The notes beneath the pieces are model-generated. The model made no database searches. It was not told the DNA's origin and was given only the letters and a program-made list of their open reading frames with translations. The position numbers and the translations under genes are program-made. A DNA stretch of 64,000 nucleotides, taken from positions 256,001 through 320,000 of IMG/VR virus record IMGVR_UViG_3300037067_004891; one strand, given 5' to 3'. Numbering within the stretch: position 1 is the first letter of the stretch; every line of letters begins with the position of its first letter. This DNA is from a virus. Its lineage: Duplodnaviria; Caudoviricetes. Of this stretch, positions 10,389-20,900 are shown one piece after another.

Positions 10389-10619
10389 TATAAATTCTCT
10401 TTCAGTATCTGATACACCACTTGTTTCAATATCTGTAAAAATTTCATTGTTTTTAAATCTTCGAATAATTTGAAGATTTATAAATATCATAGGATTACCA
10501 TCTATTATTCTAATTCCAAGGTTTTCAATGAACTTTATGTCACTAACTTCCATTTGCAAATATGCATCTCTAAGGAAGAGTCTTATCTAATATTTACCTA
10601 CTATTATATTTTTATTCAT
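10374..10619 (-). pseudogene. Degraded ORF with an in-frame TAG and a 3' end running into the IS scar
   Basis: ATG at 10619, TAG at 10589-10587; frame continues through FTDIETSG into the IS end. Confidence 0.4.
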
Positions 10620-10773
10620 ATATTTTTATTATTTTAAGAAAAAATAAAATATATTTCTTATCACATGTATATTAATAAAAAATATTTTGTTGATAATCAT
10701 GACTATAAAAATCATTTTAAAAAAACATAGAAAAAACCCTCTTTGCCGTAGTTAATATATAAATATGTAATTT

Positions 10774-10923
10774 ATGAAAAGAGAATTTTTAGTTAAAAGT
10801 TTATTTAATGGAGATAGCACAAGATACCATAAAAATCCAAGTTTTAACGAAACTATTTCTAATAATTCGTTTGAAAACAGGATTAAATATAAAATATGGT
10901 TATCCTGTGCTTTTTCTTTTTAA
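10774..10923 (+). promoter_or_regulatory. Structured phoH leader: 49-aa uORF over a ~96-nt hairpin followed by a T-run
   Basis: agcacaagataccata pairs with tatggttatcctgtgct; inner pairs aatcc/ggatt, gtttt/aaaac, aacgaa/ttcgtt. Confidence 0.55.
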
Positions 10924-10969
10924 GTGAATTATTCCAATAAAAACGGAATTAAAAAACAATTATCCTAAT

Positions 10970-11749
10970 ATGTCAAAGAAAAACAGTAAAAACAACTATC
11001 AGTTTTTAAACAGCAATTTGTTAAAATCAAGAATTAGTGGGGACATTGAAACTTTAACAAATGGCGAACAAGTTATTGAATTAACAAACAAACATAAAAC
11101 TGAGGTTTTAATAGGAAAAAGATTAATTGTGAAATGTAAAAATAAAAAACAAAAAGATTTTGTTAATTTAATAGATGAAAAAGAAATTATTATTTGTAAA
11201 GGGCCAGCGGGTGTTGGAAAATCATATCTTTCAATAATTGAAGCTTTAAAACTTTTACAAAGACCAGATAATATGTATGATAAAATTTATATTATTACAC
11301 CAGCCGTTGAATCAGAAGAGAGCTATGGTGCATTACCTGGAGATATTAACGATAAACTTTCTGAATATCTTTTTTCAACATATTATTTAATAGATAAAAT
11401 AATTGGTGAACACAGTCGAAAACAGATGGTTGAGAAAGGTATAATTAAACCATTAGCACTTGGATTTCTAAGAGGTTGTAACTTAGATAATTGCATAATG
11501 ATTTTTGAAGAAGCTCAGAACGCAACAAAAAAATCAATGAAAACTGTTTTAACTCGTATTGGTTATAATACCAAGTTTATAATATCAGGTGATATGGAAC
11601 AAGTTGATAGATTTAGAGATGTTAAAGAAAGTGGTTTATATGATGCATTTGAGCGTTTGAAATCAGTAGACAAAATAGGTTTCTTTGAATTTGATAATGA
11701 AGATATTGTTAGAAATCCAATAATAAAAGATATTTTGGATAAATATTAA
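10970..11749 (+). CDS. phoH: PhoH-family ATPase
   Basis: GPAGVGKS, GALPGD, FLRGCNL, EEAQN, LTRIG, GDMEQVD, DIVRNP. Confidence 0.95.
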   Translation: MSKKNSKNNYQFLNSNLLKSRISGDIETLTNGEQVIELTNKHKTEVLIGKRLIVKCKNKKQKDFVNLIDEKEIIICKGPAGVGKSYLSIIEALKLLQRPDNMYDKIYIITPAVESEESYGALPGDINDKLSEYLFSTYYLIDKIIGEHSRKQMVEKGIIKPLALGFLRGCNLDNCIMIFEEAQNATKKSMKTVLTRIGYNTKFIISGDMEQVDRFRDVKESGLYDAFERLKSVDKIGFFEFDNEDIVRNPIIKDILDKY

Positions 11750-11769
11750 AAATAATAAAAGAACCAGAT

Positions 11770-12930
11770 TTAATTCTGGTTCTTTTTCATAAATTCTCTA
11801 CATTCTAAAACTAAATTATTTTTTTTAAGATATTTAAAAGCACCAGCATGATTCTTTTTTATTTTATATGTCGTGTTATAACCATTTCTTATTATTAATT
11901 CTTTAATTTTATAAAAATCCCAAACTGTATTATTTCTTTTCAAATTTTCTAATAATTCTTCTAATTTATGTCTCTTAATATAAAGATAACAATTTGGTGA
12001 GTTTTTCAAAAAATCCGAATAATTTTCATATTTTGATATTTCACATTTCGCTTTATTCATATCCCACAAGATACGCTTTCTTATTAAATTTTTAGTATAA
12101 TGTTTCAACGCTCGTTTTCTAAGCAAACTGGCATATAAACTAACTTCATTGACTCTAAACTCTTGAAAATTTTTATATTTACTAATTATTTGTTTTACAT
12201 CATTTTCGTCTAAAATACTATCTTTTATTTTTAAATATAAATAGTTTTCATCAATATCTAATATATTCTCAGTTGTTAATTTTAAACTACAAAAATTATT
12301 GATATAATCTAAATTATCAACCAATTGTTTTTTAATATCATCGACATATTTTCTATTATTTTCCTTTATGATTATTAATTTAATACCTTCTTCGACACAT
12401 TTCATTTTTTTAATGATATCATTTTCATCATTTATATGCCAAGCTTTTCCATTATATTCAAACGCTAAGTTATATTTTGGTATATAAACATCTAATTCGT
12501 ATGGACTAATTATTTTTCGACTATTATAAATAATTTTATCTTTTATTAATATTTTTAATATTTCAAATAACAATAATTGTGGTATACTATAACTTTGACT
12601 TATCATATGTGAACAAATATCATCTAATACACCCATTAATCTTGCTGATGTGTAAGCTGAATTATCTAACTGTTGAAATTCGCCTCTCGCTTTATATTTT
12701 TGTGCTATTTCTTTTAAATTTTCATAACATAAATCTCGACCAGTTATTTTATTTCTCAATCCAATCATTTCACTTTTATGTTCTTTAGATTTTTTTAACT
12801 TTAAAACAGTAGCTTTTTTACTTATACCTTTAACACTTCTATTCATTTCTAAGGCTAACTCATCCGTTCTTTTATTTTCAAAATTTTCAATTAAATAATT
12901 AATTTCATTGTCAGTCCAAAACGTCCTCAT
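11770..12930 (-). CDS. Putative homing endonuclease (PD-(D/E)XK/Vsr-like with DNA-binding repeats)
   Basis: PYELDVYIPKYNLAFEYNGKAWH. Confidence 0.7.
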   Translation of the reverse strand: MRTFWTDNEINYLIENFENKRTDELALEMNRSVKGISKKATVLKLKKSKEHKSEMIGLRNKITGRDLCYENLKEIAQKYKARGEFQQLDNSAYTSARLMGVLDDICSHMISQSYSIPQLLLFEILKILIKDKIIYNSRKIISPYELDVYIPKYNLAFEYNGKAWHINDENDIIKKMKCVEEGIKLIIIKENNRKYVDDIKKQLVDNLDYINNFCSLKLTTENILDIDENYLYLKIKDSILDENDVKQIISKYKNFQEFRVNEVSLYASLLRKRALKHYTKNLIRKRILWDMNKAKCEISKYENYSDFLKNSPNCYLYIKRHKLEELLENLKRNNTVWDFYKIKELIIRNGYNTTYKIKKNHAGAFKYLKKNNLVLECREFMKKNQN

Positions 12931-13041
12931 AATATATAGTTATTTTTTATCTATATATTTAAAAATATGAGTCCAAATTATTCTTCAGGATTTTTTTTAC
13001 CCATCATATCTTATTATTTTTGTTTTATAATATAATAAAAT

Positions 13042-13353
13042 ATGACAGATTTAACTTTATATGACATTGATAATAAGGAATTTTTTTTTACGAAAGTGTC
13101 ATATGATATAAACAAGAATAGAAAGCGTTTTTCATATTTAACTGATTCATTTTTATTAATTAATAATAAATCATATTTGTCATTAATAACAACTCAGGGG
13201 AGTAGTTATATTTTTTATCAAGATATTTGGTTTAGATATAATAATCTTTATAATATCTCTTTAAAATCAGATTTACAATTATGGAATACACCAAATATAG
13301 GTAGACGGCTTGCTACTTTAAATAAGTTTTTCGATGAAGGGGAATTAGCATGA
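13042..13353 (+). CDS. Hypothetical protein
   Basis: ORF with a TAnnTTTG box at 13015. Confidence 0.5.
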   Translation: MTDLTLYDIDNKEFFFTKVSYDINKNRKRFSYLTDSFLLINNKSYLSLITTQGSSYIFYQDIWFRYNNLYNISLKSDLQLWNTPNIGRRLATLNKFFDEGELA

Positions 13354-13907
13354 GTAGAAAAGTAAACATAGAAATTACCGATTCACATAGAAGGATATAC
13401 AGTAAACTTCTTACTTTAAATAAAAAAAGTAAAGGTGGTCTGGGTTTTCATTATAAAAATAAATCCAGTTTGAATATATTAAAAGAATTAGAAAAACTTG
13501 GTTATGTTGAATATAAATATAAACAGTCAGAGACCAGAGTGTATAAACATGTAAATGAAATTATTTATTATTTATTTTATGAATCTACTGGTAAAAAAAT
13601 GACTAATAAAAAATTGCCTACTAAACCAATTTCAAGAATATATGATGAAGATGATATAGAATTAATACTCGTTCGAAGAAAAGTTGAACTTGAATATGGT
13701 TGGGATGATACAATACTTATCAATGATAAAGAATCTGATGTTTACAAAACGAAATTTAATAATTATTATATTAAATTCGAAGATAGGATGTATAAAATCA
13801 TCAACGATTTAGATTTTCAATATGTAAAGTATTCAAAATTTTGGACGCTACCAGAATTAAAACGAACAAGAGTAAATAAAATAAAGGAGTTATTCCCCGA
13901 ATTTTAA
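13350..13907 (+). CDS. Hypothetical protein with C-terminal RxxKIxxL tag
   Basis: Ends RTRVNKIKELFPEF. Confidence 0.55.
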   Translation: MSRKVNIEITDSHRRIYSKLLTLNKKSKGGLGFHYKNKSSLNILKELEKLGYVEYKYKQSETRVYKHVNEIIYYLFYESTGKKMTNKKLPTKPISRIYDEDDIELILVRRKVELEYGWDDTILINDKESDVYKTKFNNYYIKFEDRMYKIINDLDFQYVKYSKFWTLPELKRTRVNKIKELFPEF

Positions 13908-13967
13908 TTAAACAAACATTTTATTTTTATTAAAATAATATATAAAGAAAAAATAAAATGTTTTTAA

Positions 13968-15338
13968 ATGAAACACATTTCAAATTTTAATAATTTTCAC
14001 ATAATAAATGAATCTATGTTTGGAAAATTTAATGGTAATATTCAATATACCGATTGGTCGGATTTCAAAGAGAAATTGAAACACACAATCACAACAGATT
14101 TTAATTCAATTGAAGAAATGATTTCTTTAATGGGTATGAATATTGACCGCTATAACAAAATAAAAGAAAATATGATATGGAATTGGAAAGATTCTGTATC
14201 AAAAAGTTTGTTACACTCAGTCGCTGAACTAAATTATAAAATACCAAAAAAAGGAACAAATATATTTCCTGATTTATTAACACAAACAAGATTTTTAATT
14301 CTATCCGCAAATGGATTTCAATCCAGAAACGTATTTGGAGATTATAATTCCACAAGTGGTCTTGGAATATTAAGTAGTATGAGAGATTTGGAAAAAATAA
14401 AAAACACTGACCCAAAACAAACCGAGCGAGATAGATTTTCAAATAAAGAAATAATGAAACGATATGTATCAATAGGTGGGACAGACGCTTTTACTGTTAG
14501 GTCAGAAGAAGCAATTAAAAAGGTTAATAATATACTTCAATATATTTGGTTATATGTTTTTTACAATCACTATGTCTTGAAAAAAGGTTTAAAAGAAAAA
14601 ACTCATAAATTACCAAAATATCTTTATAGGGGAATCCGAGGAACTATGTGGCAAAAAGCTGAAAAGGTTATCGGTAAGGAATGGTCAGAATTATCTAAAA
14701 CACATTCAGATTTAAAAGTGAAACATAATAAAGCCATGCAAGAAAAATATGATTTACTTTTTGATTATATACTTAAAAATAGTATACATAAATTGACTGA
14801 TGGTAAATATCTTTCTTTCACTGCCAGTATGCCTATCGCAAAATATTTTTCAAATAAAGACGGATTTGTTCTTCGAGTTGACACTTCAAAAGTAAATATA
14901 ATAACATCGGAACTGACCGATGAATTATTCGACCAAGAAGATTATGTAAGTGGTAGAAAAGAAAGAGAGTATATTGTTGTAATACCTGAGAATTATAAAT
15001 TTCAAAAAGATGATATCATAGTAACTGATGAAGATTATCTCATAGCTACTAACAACCCATTAAGTGTTGGTGCATTTACACACGACACTAAAGAAGCTTT
15101 TTATGATATGTTAGATGATAAAGGAGTTAAATGGAATGTTCACGCATATTATGTTTGGTCATCAAATGATAAGGGTGGGGTGATATATGGTGTAAAAAAA
15201 GATGGTGAGGAAGATTATAACTGGGCAGATGGTAGAAACAATATTAAGAAAAAATACAATTTTGACCCATTACCAACAGAAAACAATTTAGATAAAATAA
15301 CAAATTTTAAGGTAAATGATGAGAAAAAAAGATGGTAA
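13968..15338 (+). CDS. R-S-E type ADP-ribosyltransferase (Alt/VIP2-like), putatively virion-packaged
   Basis: KYLYRG, YLSFTAS, KEREYIV; leader MKHISNFNNFHIINES; TAATATATA at 13946. Confidence 0.7.
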   Translation: MKHISNFNNFHIINESMFGKFNGNIQYTDWSDFKEKLKHTITTDFNSIEEMISLMGMNIDRYNKIKENMIWNWKDSVSKSLLHSVAELNYKIPKKGTNIFPDLLTQTRFLILSANGFQSRNVFGDYNSTSGLGILSSMRDLEKIKNTDPKQTERDRFSNKEIMKRYVSIGGTDAFTVRSEEAIKKVNNILQYIWLYVFYNHYVLKKGLKEKTHKLPKYLYRGIRGTMWQKAEKVIGKEWSELSKTHSDLKVKHNKAMQEKYDLLFDYILKNSIHKLTDGKYLSFTASMPIAKYFSNKDGFVLRVDTSKVNIITSELTDELFDQEDYVSGRKEREYIVVIPENYKFQKDDIIVTDEDYLIATNNPLSVGAFTHDTKEAFYDMLDDKGVKWNVHAYYVWSSNDKGGVIYGVKKDGEEDYNWADGRNNIKKKYNFDPLPTENNLDKITNFKVNDEKKRW

Positions 15339-15343
15339 TATAA

Positions 15344-17896
15344 ATGATAAGAACCGAAGTATTAAATAAAGAAAAACTATCTAATATCATATATAGTTAT
15401 GGTGAACCGTATGACTTTGATAAGAAAATAAAATATTTTCATTATTTTGATATTCGGTCATCACATTTGGACTATGATCCCAATGAAAAATATAAAGCCA
15501 GAACATATTTTGTCACCTTATTTGATGATGATGATATCATCGGATTAGCTAAATTACAAGAAAATCCATATAATCAACAAGGTTTATTTTGGATACAGTA
15601 CATTTCCATCGATGATAAACACCAAGGAATGAGATATTCAAAATATATTATTGATAGAATGATAAAATTTTGCAAAGAAAATAAATTTAAATTGAAAACA
15701 TCTGGTTATTCAACAAAAGGGTGGGAACGTCTAAGGGAATATCTTCATTTATCTGCGGGTGCAAATGATGTGGAATTAATTGATACCAAAGAAAAACCAG
15801 AATACGAAAACCACACTTCAATAGACACATTAGTTAATACAAAAGTCATAGATTTTAATAAAAAACCGTTGATTGTATATCATGGAACAAATAATAAATT
15901 CGATATTTTCGATATAAATATGATAAACACAAATGAGAAGAGTGGTGATTATATTGGTTCGGGAATATATTTCACACGTTATAAAGACACTGCATTAAAA
16001 TACGCAAAACAGGCGGTGAAAAAAGGTGGGGGTTTAGTAAATATTATATCGGCATATTTAAATATCGAACATCCATTAATTATAAATAACACATCAGATG
16101 CTCAAAAATTGAGAGATTTATTTGGCGGGGAATTTAATTATTTTTCTATTTTGGATGACAATCCAAATCTTATTAAAGATGAATTAATAAAATTGGGTTA
16201 CGATGGTTTAATAGACAATATGTATAATCAATATGCAGTATTTGAACCAAGTCAAATTAAAATAATTGATAATTCTGTATCATTACAAAATGAAAATATT
16301 GTTAGTTTTTCAAATTTCATTGTAAATGAAGAACATGACTACACCAAAGAATCCATTTTAAAATTTATAAAAGATAGAAATCTTTATTTAATGGATGGAA
16401 AATATTTGGAATTATATCATGGAACAGACCCAGCATCATATAGAAAAATAGAAAAATCTGGTAAATTAAAATCTGGTACATGGTTCGGGATAGATTATGA
16501 AACATCAAGAAGATATGGTTTAATGAGATTACACAGAGGTGAACCAGTGGTAATGAAGATTTATGTTGATATTGATTCCTTATATATATCAAGTGAATAT
16601 TTTATTGCTAAACACGATTTAAAGATGAACTTGATGTATGGTTCTGGTTCTAATGTTTATGAAAATAAAAATCCAAATATAAAATGCTATATTTGCGAGA
16701 ATAATAATACAAAAGAAGAAATGTTCATACCTGAAGATATATTAGAGTTTCACGATTTATTTACTCAGGCTGGTAAAAAACTTTTTTTAGTTGGGGGTTG
16801 TATCCGTGATTATATAATGGGTAAAACACCACATGATTATGATTTAGTAACTGATGCATCACCAGATGAGACTAAACAAATTTTAAAAAATTACAGAACA
16901 AATTTACAGGGCGCACATTTTGGTGTAATAAGAGTGTATACCGAAGATGAACCAAAGGGATATGAAGTAGCTTCTTACAGGCGTGATATCTCAAAAGGAC
17001 GCTCAAATAAAGGCGATGATCAAAAAGTTGAAATCGGTTCTCATATCACTATTAAAGATGATGTTTTAAGAAGGGACATAACTCAGAATGCGTTATTTTA
17101 TGATATTGGTAAAAAAGAAATAATAGATTTAGTTGGTGGTATAGAAGATATTAAAAATGGTATTATACGAGCTGTCGGTAATCCAATGGAACGATTCAAT
17201 GAAGACCGTCTTAGAATTTTGAGAGTTTTTCGTTTTTCAGCCCGTTCACGTTTTAAAATTGATGATGAAACAGCGAATGCTATAAAAAAGGACAACCGTC
17301 TGAACGGTTTATCACCTGAAGAAGATGTTTCCCAAGAAAGAATACTGGAAGAAATTTTTAAAATATGGGAATATGCATCCGAAAAAAATGATTTACCTGC
17401 TTGGAAACTATATCTCAAATATCTGACTGAGTTTAAAATGTGGAATCAGATGTTTAAAAACATGCTTATTAATGAGGATGTGATTAACATTGATAGTTTA
17501 GATTTAATTCAGATGTATACATATTTATTTCTGGATAATACTCCAGATACTGAATTTAATAAACGTTTGATTAGAACATTTAAATTTTCATCGGATAATG
17601 CTAATATAATTTGTTTTCTATTAACATTTTATAATAATATCAATGATGTCGATAAGGTGTTTGATATGAAAAAGAAACAAAACCAATTTGATATTGACCC
17701 GAATATTATAAAAGAATTTTCTGATATACATAAACTGGATAAAAAATTTACTGATAAATTCATTGAATATGATTTAACAGTATCAGGACAAGAATTAATG
17801 GATTCTGGACTAAAAGGAAATGAAATTGGTATAGAACAAAGGAAGCAAGAAAAAGAAATTTTTCAAAATATGATTAACGAATCTTTTGATTTTTGA
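15344..17896 (+). CDS. cca: Polyvalent fusion: GNAT + two ART-like domains + CCA-adding enzyme (class II tRNA nucleotidyltransferase)
   Basis: YISIDDKHQGMRY; LIVYHGT..GIYFT..GYDGL..VFEPSQIK; LYHGT; LVGGCIRD, DYDLVT, RRDITQNAL, EDRLRILR. Confidence 0.85.
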   Translation: MIRTEVLNKEKLSNIIYSYGEPYDFDKKIKYFHYFDIRSSHLDYDPNEKYKARTYFVTLFDDDDIIGLAKLQENPYNQQGLFWIQYISIDDKHQGMRYSKYIIDRMIKFCKENKFKLKTSGYSTKGWERLREYLHLSAGANDVELIDTKEKPEYENHTSIDTLVNTKVIDFNKKPLIVYHGTNNKFDIFDINMINTNEKSGDYIGSGIYFTRYKDTALKYAKQAVKKGGGLVNIISAYLNIEHPLIINNTSDAQKLRDLFGGEFNYFSILDDNPNLIKDELIKLGYDGLIDNMYNQYAVFEPSQIKIIDNSVSLQNENIVSFSNFIVNEEHDYTKESILKFIKDRNLYLMDGKYLELYHGTDPASYRKIEKSGKLKSGTWFGIDYETSRRYGLMRLHRGEPVVMKIYVDIDSLYISSEYFIAKHDLKMNLMYGSGSNVYENKNPNIKCYICENNNTKEEMFIPEDILEFHDLFTQAGKKLFLVGGCIRDYIMGKTPHDYDLVTDASPDETKQILKNYRTNLQGAHFGVIRVYTEDEPKGYEVASYRRDISKGRSNKGDDQKVEIGSHITIKDDVLRRDITQNALFYDIGKKEIIDLVGGIEDIKNGIIRAVGNPMERFNEDRLRILRVFRFSARSRFKIDDETANAIKKDNRLNGLSPEEDVSQERILEEIFKIWEYASEKNDLPAWKLYLKYLTEFKMWNQMFKNMLINEDVINIDSLDLIQMYTYLFLDNTPDTEFNKRLIRTFKFSSDNANIICFLLTFYNNINDVDKVFDMKKKQNQFDIDPNIIKEFSDIHKLDKKFTDKFIEYDLTVSGQELMDSGLKGNEIGIEQRKQEKEIFQNMINESFDF

Positions 17897-19285
17897 ACTA
17901 CCACTAAGCTAAAGACTTAGTAGTTTCCTGCGCTGACCTCGTAACCTCAGTCATATCTCGCAAGGCGTGAATTTCGGTCGTCCCAACCGTATTTTTAATT
18001 TTTGCAAAAGCAAATTTCTTTATATTATTTGCTGCATTGATATCTCTATCATGTTTAGTGTTACATTTAATACAAGTCCATTCTCTATCTTTTAGAGTTA
18101 ATTTATTATTGATATGACCACAAGAACACATCTTAGAACTTGGTTCAAATGTTCCAATTCTCAATATATTACATCCGTACCACTCAGCTTTATAAGTTAG
18201 CATTCTAACAAATTCTGACCAACTTACATCAGATATTGATTGAGCTAAATTATGATTCTTTATCATATTAGACACACTAAGAGTTTCTAAACATATAGTC
18301 TCATTATTATTTATTAAATTAGTTGACAATTTATGTAAGAAATCAACCCTTTTGTTTGAAATTTTTTCATGAGTCGATGATATCACTTTAATAGATTTCT
18401 TTATATTGATACTACCTTTTAATTTTTTAGAATGTTTCTTCTGTCTAATCTTCAACCTTCTCAATGACTCTTTTAAATACTTAGGATTGTCAATTACCAA
18501 ACAATCTGAAGTAACTAAAAATGATTTAATACCTAAATCAATACCAATAGCTTGTTTTTCACTTATCGGTGGCTTTACAGGTATTATATCATTATTTTGC
18601 ACTAAAATAGAAATATAATATTTATTATTTATTTTTGATATAGTAGAATTCTTTGTTATTCCTTCAAACCTCCTATCAATGATTATTTTAATCCCAGTTT
18701 TGAATTTTGGTAAATAAACCTTAGATTCTTCAAAATCAACAAATGTATTTGCTGGTATGCCAAAACTGTTTTTAGGATTTTTCTTTGATTTGAAATTAGG
18801 CTTTCCAATTGAATTTAATCTTTCTAAATTAATTTCTAAACCTTTAGACTTTCTACTGAAAATATATTGTTTTTTCTTCTTTTCAAGAACACCATTTTTA
18901 TTATCATGAAAAAACTTATTGAAAGCATTATCAAGATTCTCTAAACTATATTGTAATGATTGACTATTCACTTCTTTTAACCACTTTGTTTCTTCTTGCT
19001 TCTTTAATAAAGGTAAATCTTTTTGAATATCAAATCTGGATAGTGAGATGTTTTCTTCTTGGTATACTCTATTCTTTTTGTCAAGAGCATAATTATACAC
19101 CCACCTTACACAACCAAAATGTTTGTTAATCAAAATTTCTTGTTCTTGATTTGGATATATTCTATATTTATATGCTCTTAACACTTTTATTATAGTTATA
19201 TTTTTGGAAAAAGTTTACTATATTTTTATTTTTAATCAAAAATCATCTCACGAAACTAAAGACTTCGGAATTTTTGAAAATTTTA
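17893..19285 (-). mobile_element. IS200/IS605-family tnpB-only element (IS1341-like)
   Basis: Right-end hairpin actaagtctttagcttagt then ggtagttca; degenerate left-end hairpin at ~19249-19267; left boundary approximate. Confidence 0.8.
17904..19184 (-). CDS. tnpB: TnpB RNA-guided endonuclease
   Basis: AYKYRIYP HTH; GIDLG, ICLETL and HDRDINAA RuvC triad; Zn finger. Confidence 0.95.
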   Translation of the reverse strand: MLRAYKYRIYPNQEQEILINKHFGCVRWVYNYALDKKNRVYQEENISLSRFDIQKDLPLLKKQEETKWLKEVNSQSLQYSLENLDNAFNKFFHDNKNGVLEKKKKQYIFSRKSKGLEINLERLNSIGKPNFKSKKNPKNSFGIPANTFVDFEESKVYLPKFKTGIKIIIDRRFEGITKNSTISKINNKYYISILVQNNDIIPVKPPISEKQAIGIDLGIKSFLVTSDCLVIDNPKYLKESLRRLKIRQKKHSKKLKGSINIKKSIKVISSTHEKISNKRVDFLHKLSTNLINNNETICLETLSVSNMIKNHNLAQSISDVSWSEFVRMLTYKAEWYGCNILRIGTFEPSSKMCSCGHINNKLTLKDREWTCIKCNTKHDRDINAANNIKKFAFAKIKNTVGTTEIHALRDMTEVTRSAQETTKSLA

Positions 19286-19828
19286 TATATTATCAATTAT
19301 AAAATCTAAATTATTGTCAACACCTTTCAAATCTTTCCATAGATTAGAATTAATATATTCATCATAAAAAATATTCATATTAGAATAAGCTTCAGATTCC
19401 CAAGGTAAATTTTTATATTTTTCGATATCTTTACCTAATTTATAATATTCTTTAACATTCATTGTAAAATTATCTTTCCATATTATAAATTTATAATCAC
19501 CAGATGGTTTTAACTCACCTTTTGATACCTGTTTAATATGTGTTAATTCATGTATAAGGGATTTAATTATTTGAATATAACTTTGATTTGAGTTAAAAAA
19601 TAGTGTAAACTTATTGTTATTTACTGAATTATCATTTATTTGTATGTCACCAAGAAGATTTGTTGATTGTTTCTTTTTAACAATTATCTTAGCATCAAAA
19701 TTCAATTTTATTTTCATAAAAGATATCACAGAATTTATGAGTAATTTTTCATAAGTTTTAATTTTATTATCTTTAACAAGAATATTTTCGTTTATTCTAA
19801 ATTGATGGAAATTATTAATATGTTTCAT
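19283..19828 (-). CDS. Zincin-like metallopeptidase with leader motif
   Basis: LIHELTHIKQ..PWESEA; leader MKHINNFHQFRINE. Confidence 0.75.
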   Translation of the reverse strand: MKHINNFHQFRINENILVKDNKIKTYEKLLINSVISFMKIKLNFDAKIIVKKKQSTNLLGDIQINDNSVNNNKFTLFFNSNQSYIQIIKSLIHELTHIKQVSKGELKPSGDYKFIIWKDNFTMNVKEYYKLGKDIEKYKNLPWESEAYSNMNIFYDEYINSNLWKDLKGVDNNLDFIIDNI

Positions 19829-19837
19829 TAATATATT

Positions 19838-20380
19838 TTACGTTTTACAAAATTCTTTTATCTTATCGATAACATAATCATCGATTGGTAAATTATCTAT
19901 ATTATAATATCTGGTTTCTGATATTGGAATATTATTGGCACTCCATATCACAAAGTCACCAGTTCTTTTATTATATTCAATTGCAATTTTAGAAAAGTCT
20001 AATGATTCTTCATCATCGTGTAAATCAGCCCATTTTTCTTGGGTTATTTCTTCATCTTCTTCATCATCAAAATCTTGATTTTCTATTTTTCTATTTAAAT
20101 AATAGTATTCCTCAGATTTTTCTTTATTCTCTGGAGACATATTATAATTTCGCTGTATGATATAAATTAACTTGTTTTGATTTTCTCCGTTCACATAATT
20201 ATCTGACCACGCACCTGAATGTGGTGCAGATGTACACCAATTCGTATATGCACCATATTTACAACTGGCTTCTTCAGATAGTGGAGCAACAACTATATAT
20301 TTATCATTTCTTAAAATTTCAATTCTTTCTTCACGAACAACTCTTTTTTCAAATAAAAAATCTTTGAATTTAGTTTTCAT
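19838..20380 (-). CDS. Hypothetical protein (SCxYG..TxWC motif) with leader motif
   Basis: MKTKFKDFLFE; ASCKYGAYTNWCTS. Confidence 0.6.
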   Translation of the reverse strand: MKTKFKDFLFEKRVVREERIEILRNDKYIVVAPLSEEASCKYGAYTNWCTSAPHSGAWSDNYVNGENQNKLIYIIQRNYNMSPENKEKSEEYYYLNRKIENQDFDDEEDEEITQEKWADLHDDEESLDFSKIAIEYNKRTGDFVIWSANNIPISETRYYNIDNLPIDDYVIDKIKEFCKT

Positions 20381-20900
20381 ATAAATTAATAGTTTTTAAT
20401 ATTCGCAATTTGTTAGGGTCAAAAATAAATAAGTTATCCACACCCGTTTCCCTTACATATGCACCATCATAATCATTTTTCTTCAACCATTCATAAAACC
20501 AAACTTGTTCCAGTTCACTATAATCACCCGAACAAATTCCACCATAATACCTATCTACATCTTCAAATTTTTTCTCAATATCAAAATATAATTTTTCACC
20601 AAGTATATAATCTTTATTATCTTCTTTTTTAATACCTTTTTCTAAAAATCTAAATAAATCATAACCATTCGGTAATATTTTATAATCAAATATTTTATTT
20701 GTCAACACTTCTATTTCATATATATGTGGTGTTTTAAATCCAGCGTGTGTCTCTGCAAAATCTTTATCAGATGTTAAAAACACAGGAGCGATATAATTAT
20801 AATCTAAAAGAGTTCCTTTTTTTAATTTAAAATCGGAAAAAGATTCTTTAGACCCATGATACCACTTCTTATTAAACTGTTCAAATAATTTAAGACGCAT
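20370..20900 (-). CDS. ART-like (polyvalent-protein type) domain protein; probable start 20900
   Basis: MRLKLFEQF; KWYHGS, VFLTSD..FA, DYDGAY, IFDPNKL. Confidence 0.7.
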   Translation of the reverse strand: MRLKLFEQFNKKWYHGSKESFSDFKLKKGTLLDYNYIAPVFLTSDKDFAETHAGFKTPHIYEIEVLTNKIFDYKILPNGYDLFRFLEKGIKKEDNKDYILGEKLYFDIEKKFEDVDRYYGGICSGDYSELEQVWFYEWLKKNDYDGAYVRETGVDNLFIFDPNKLRILKTINLYEN

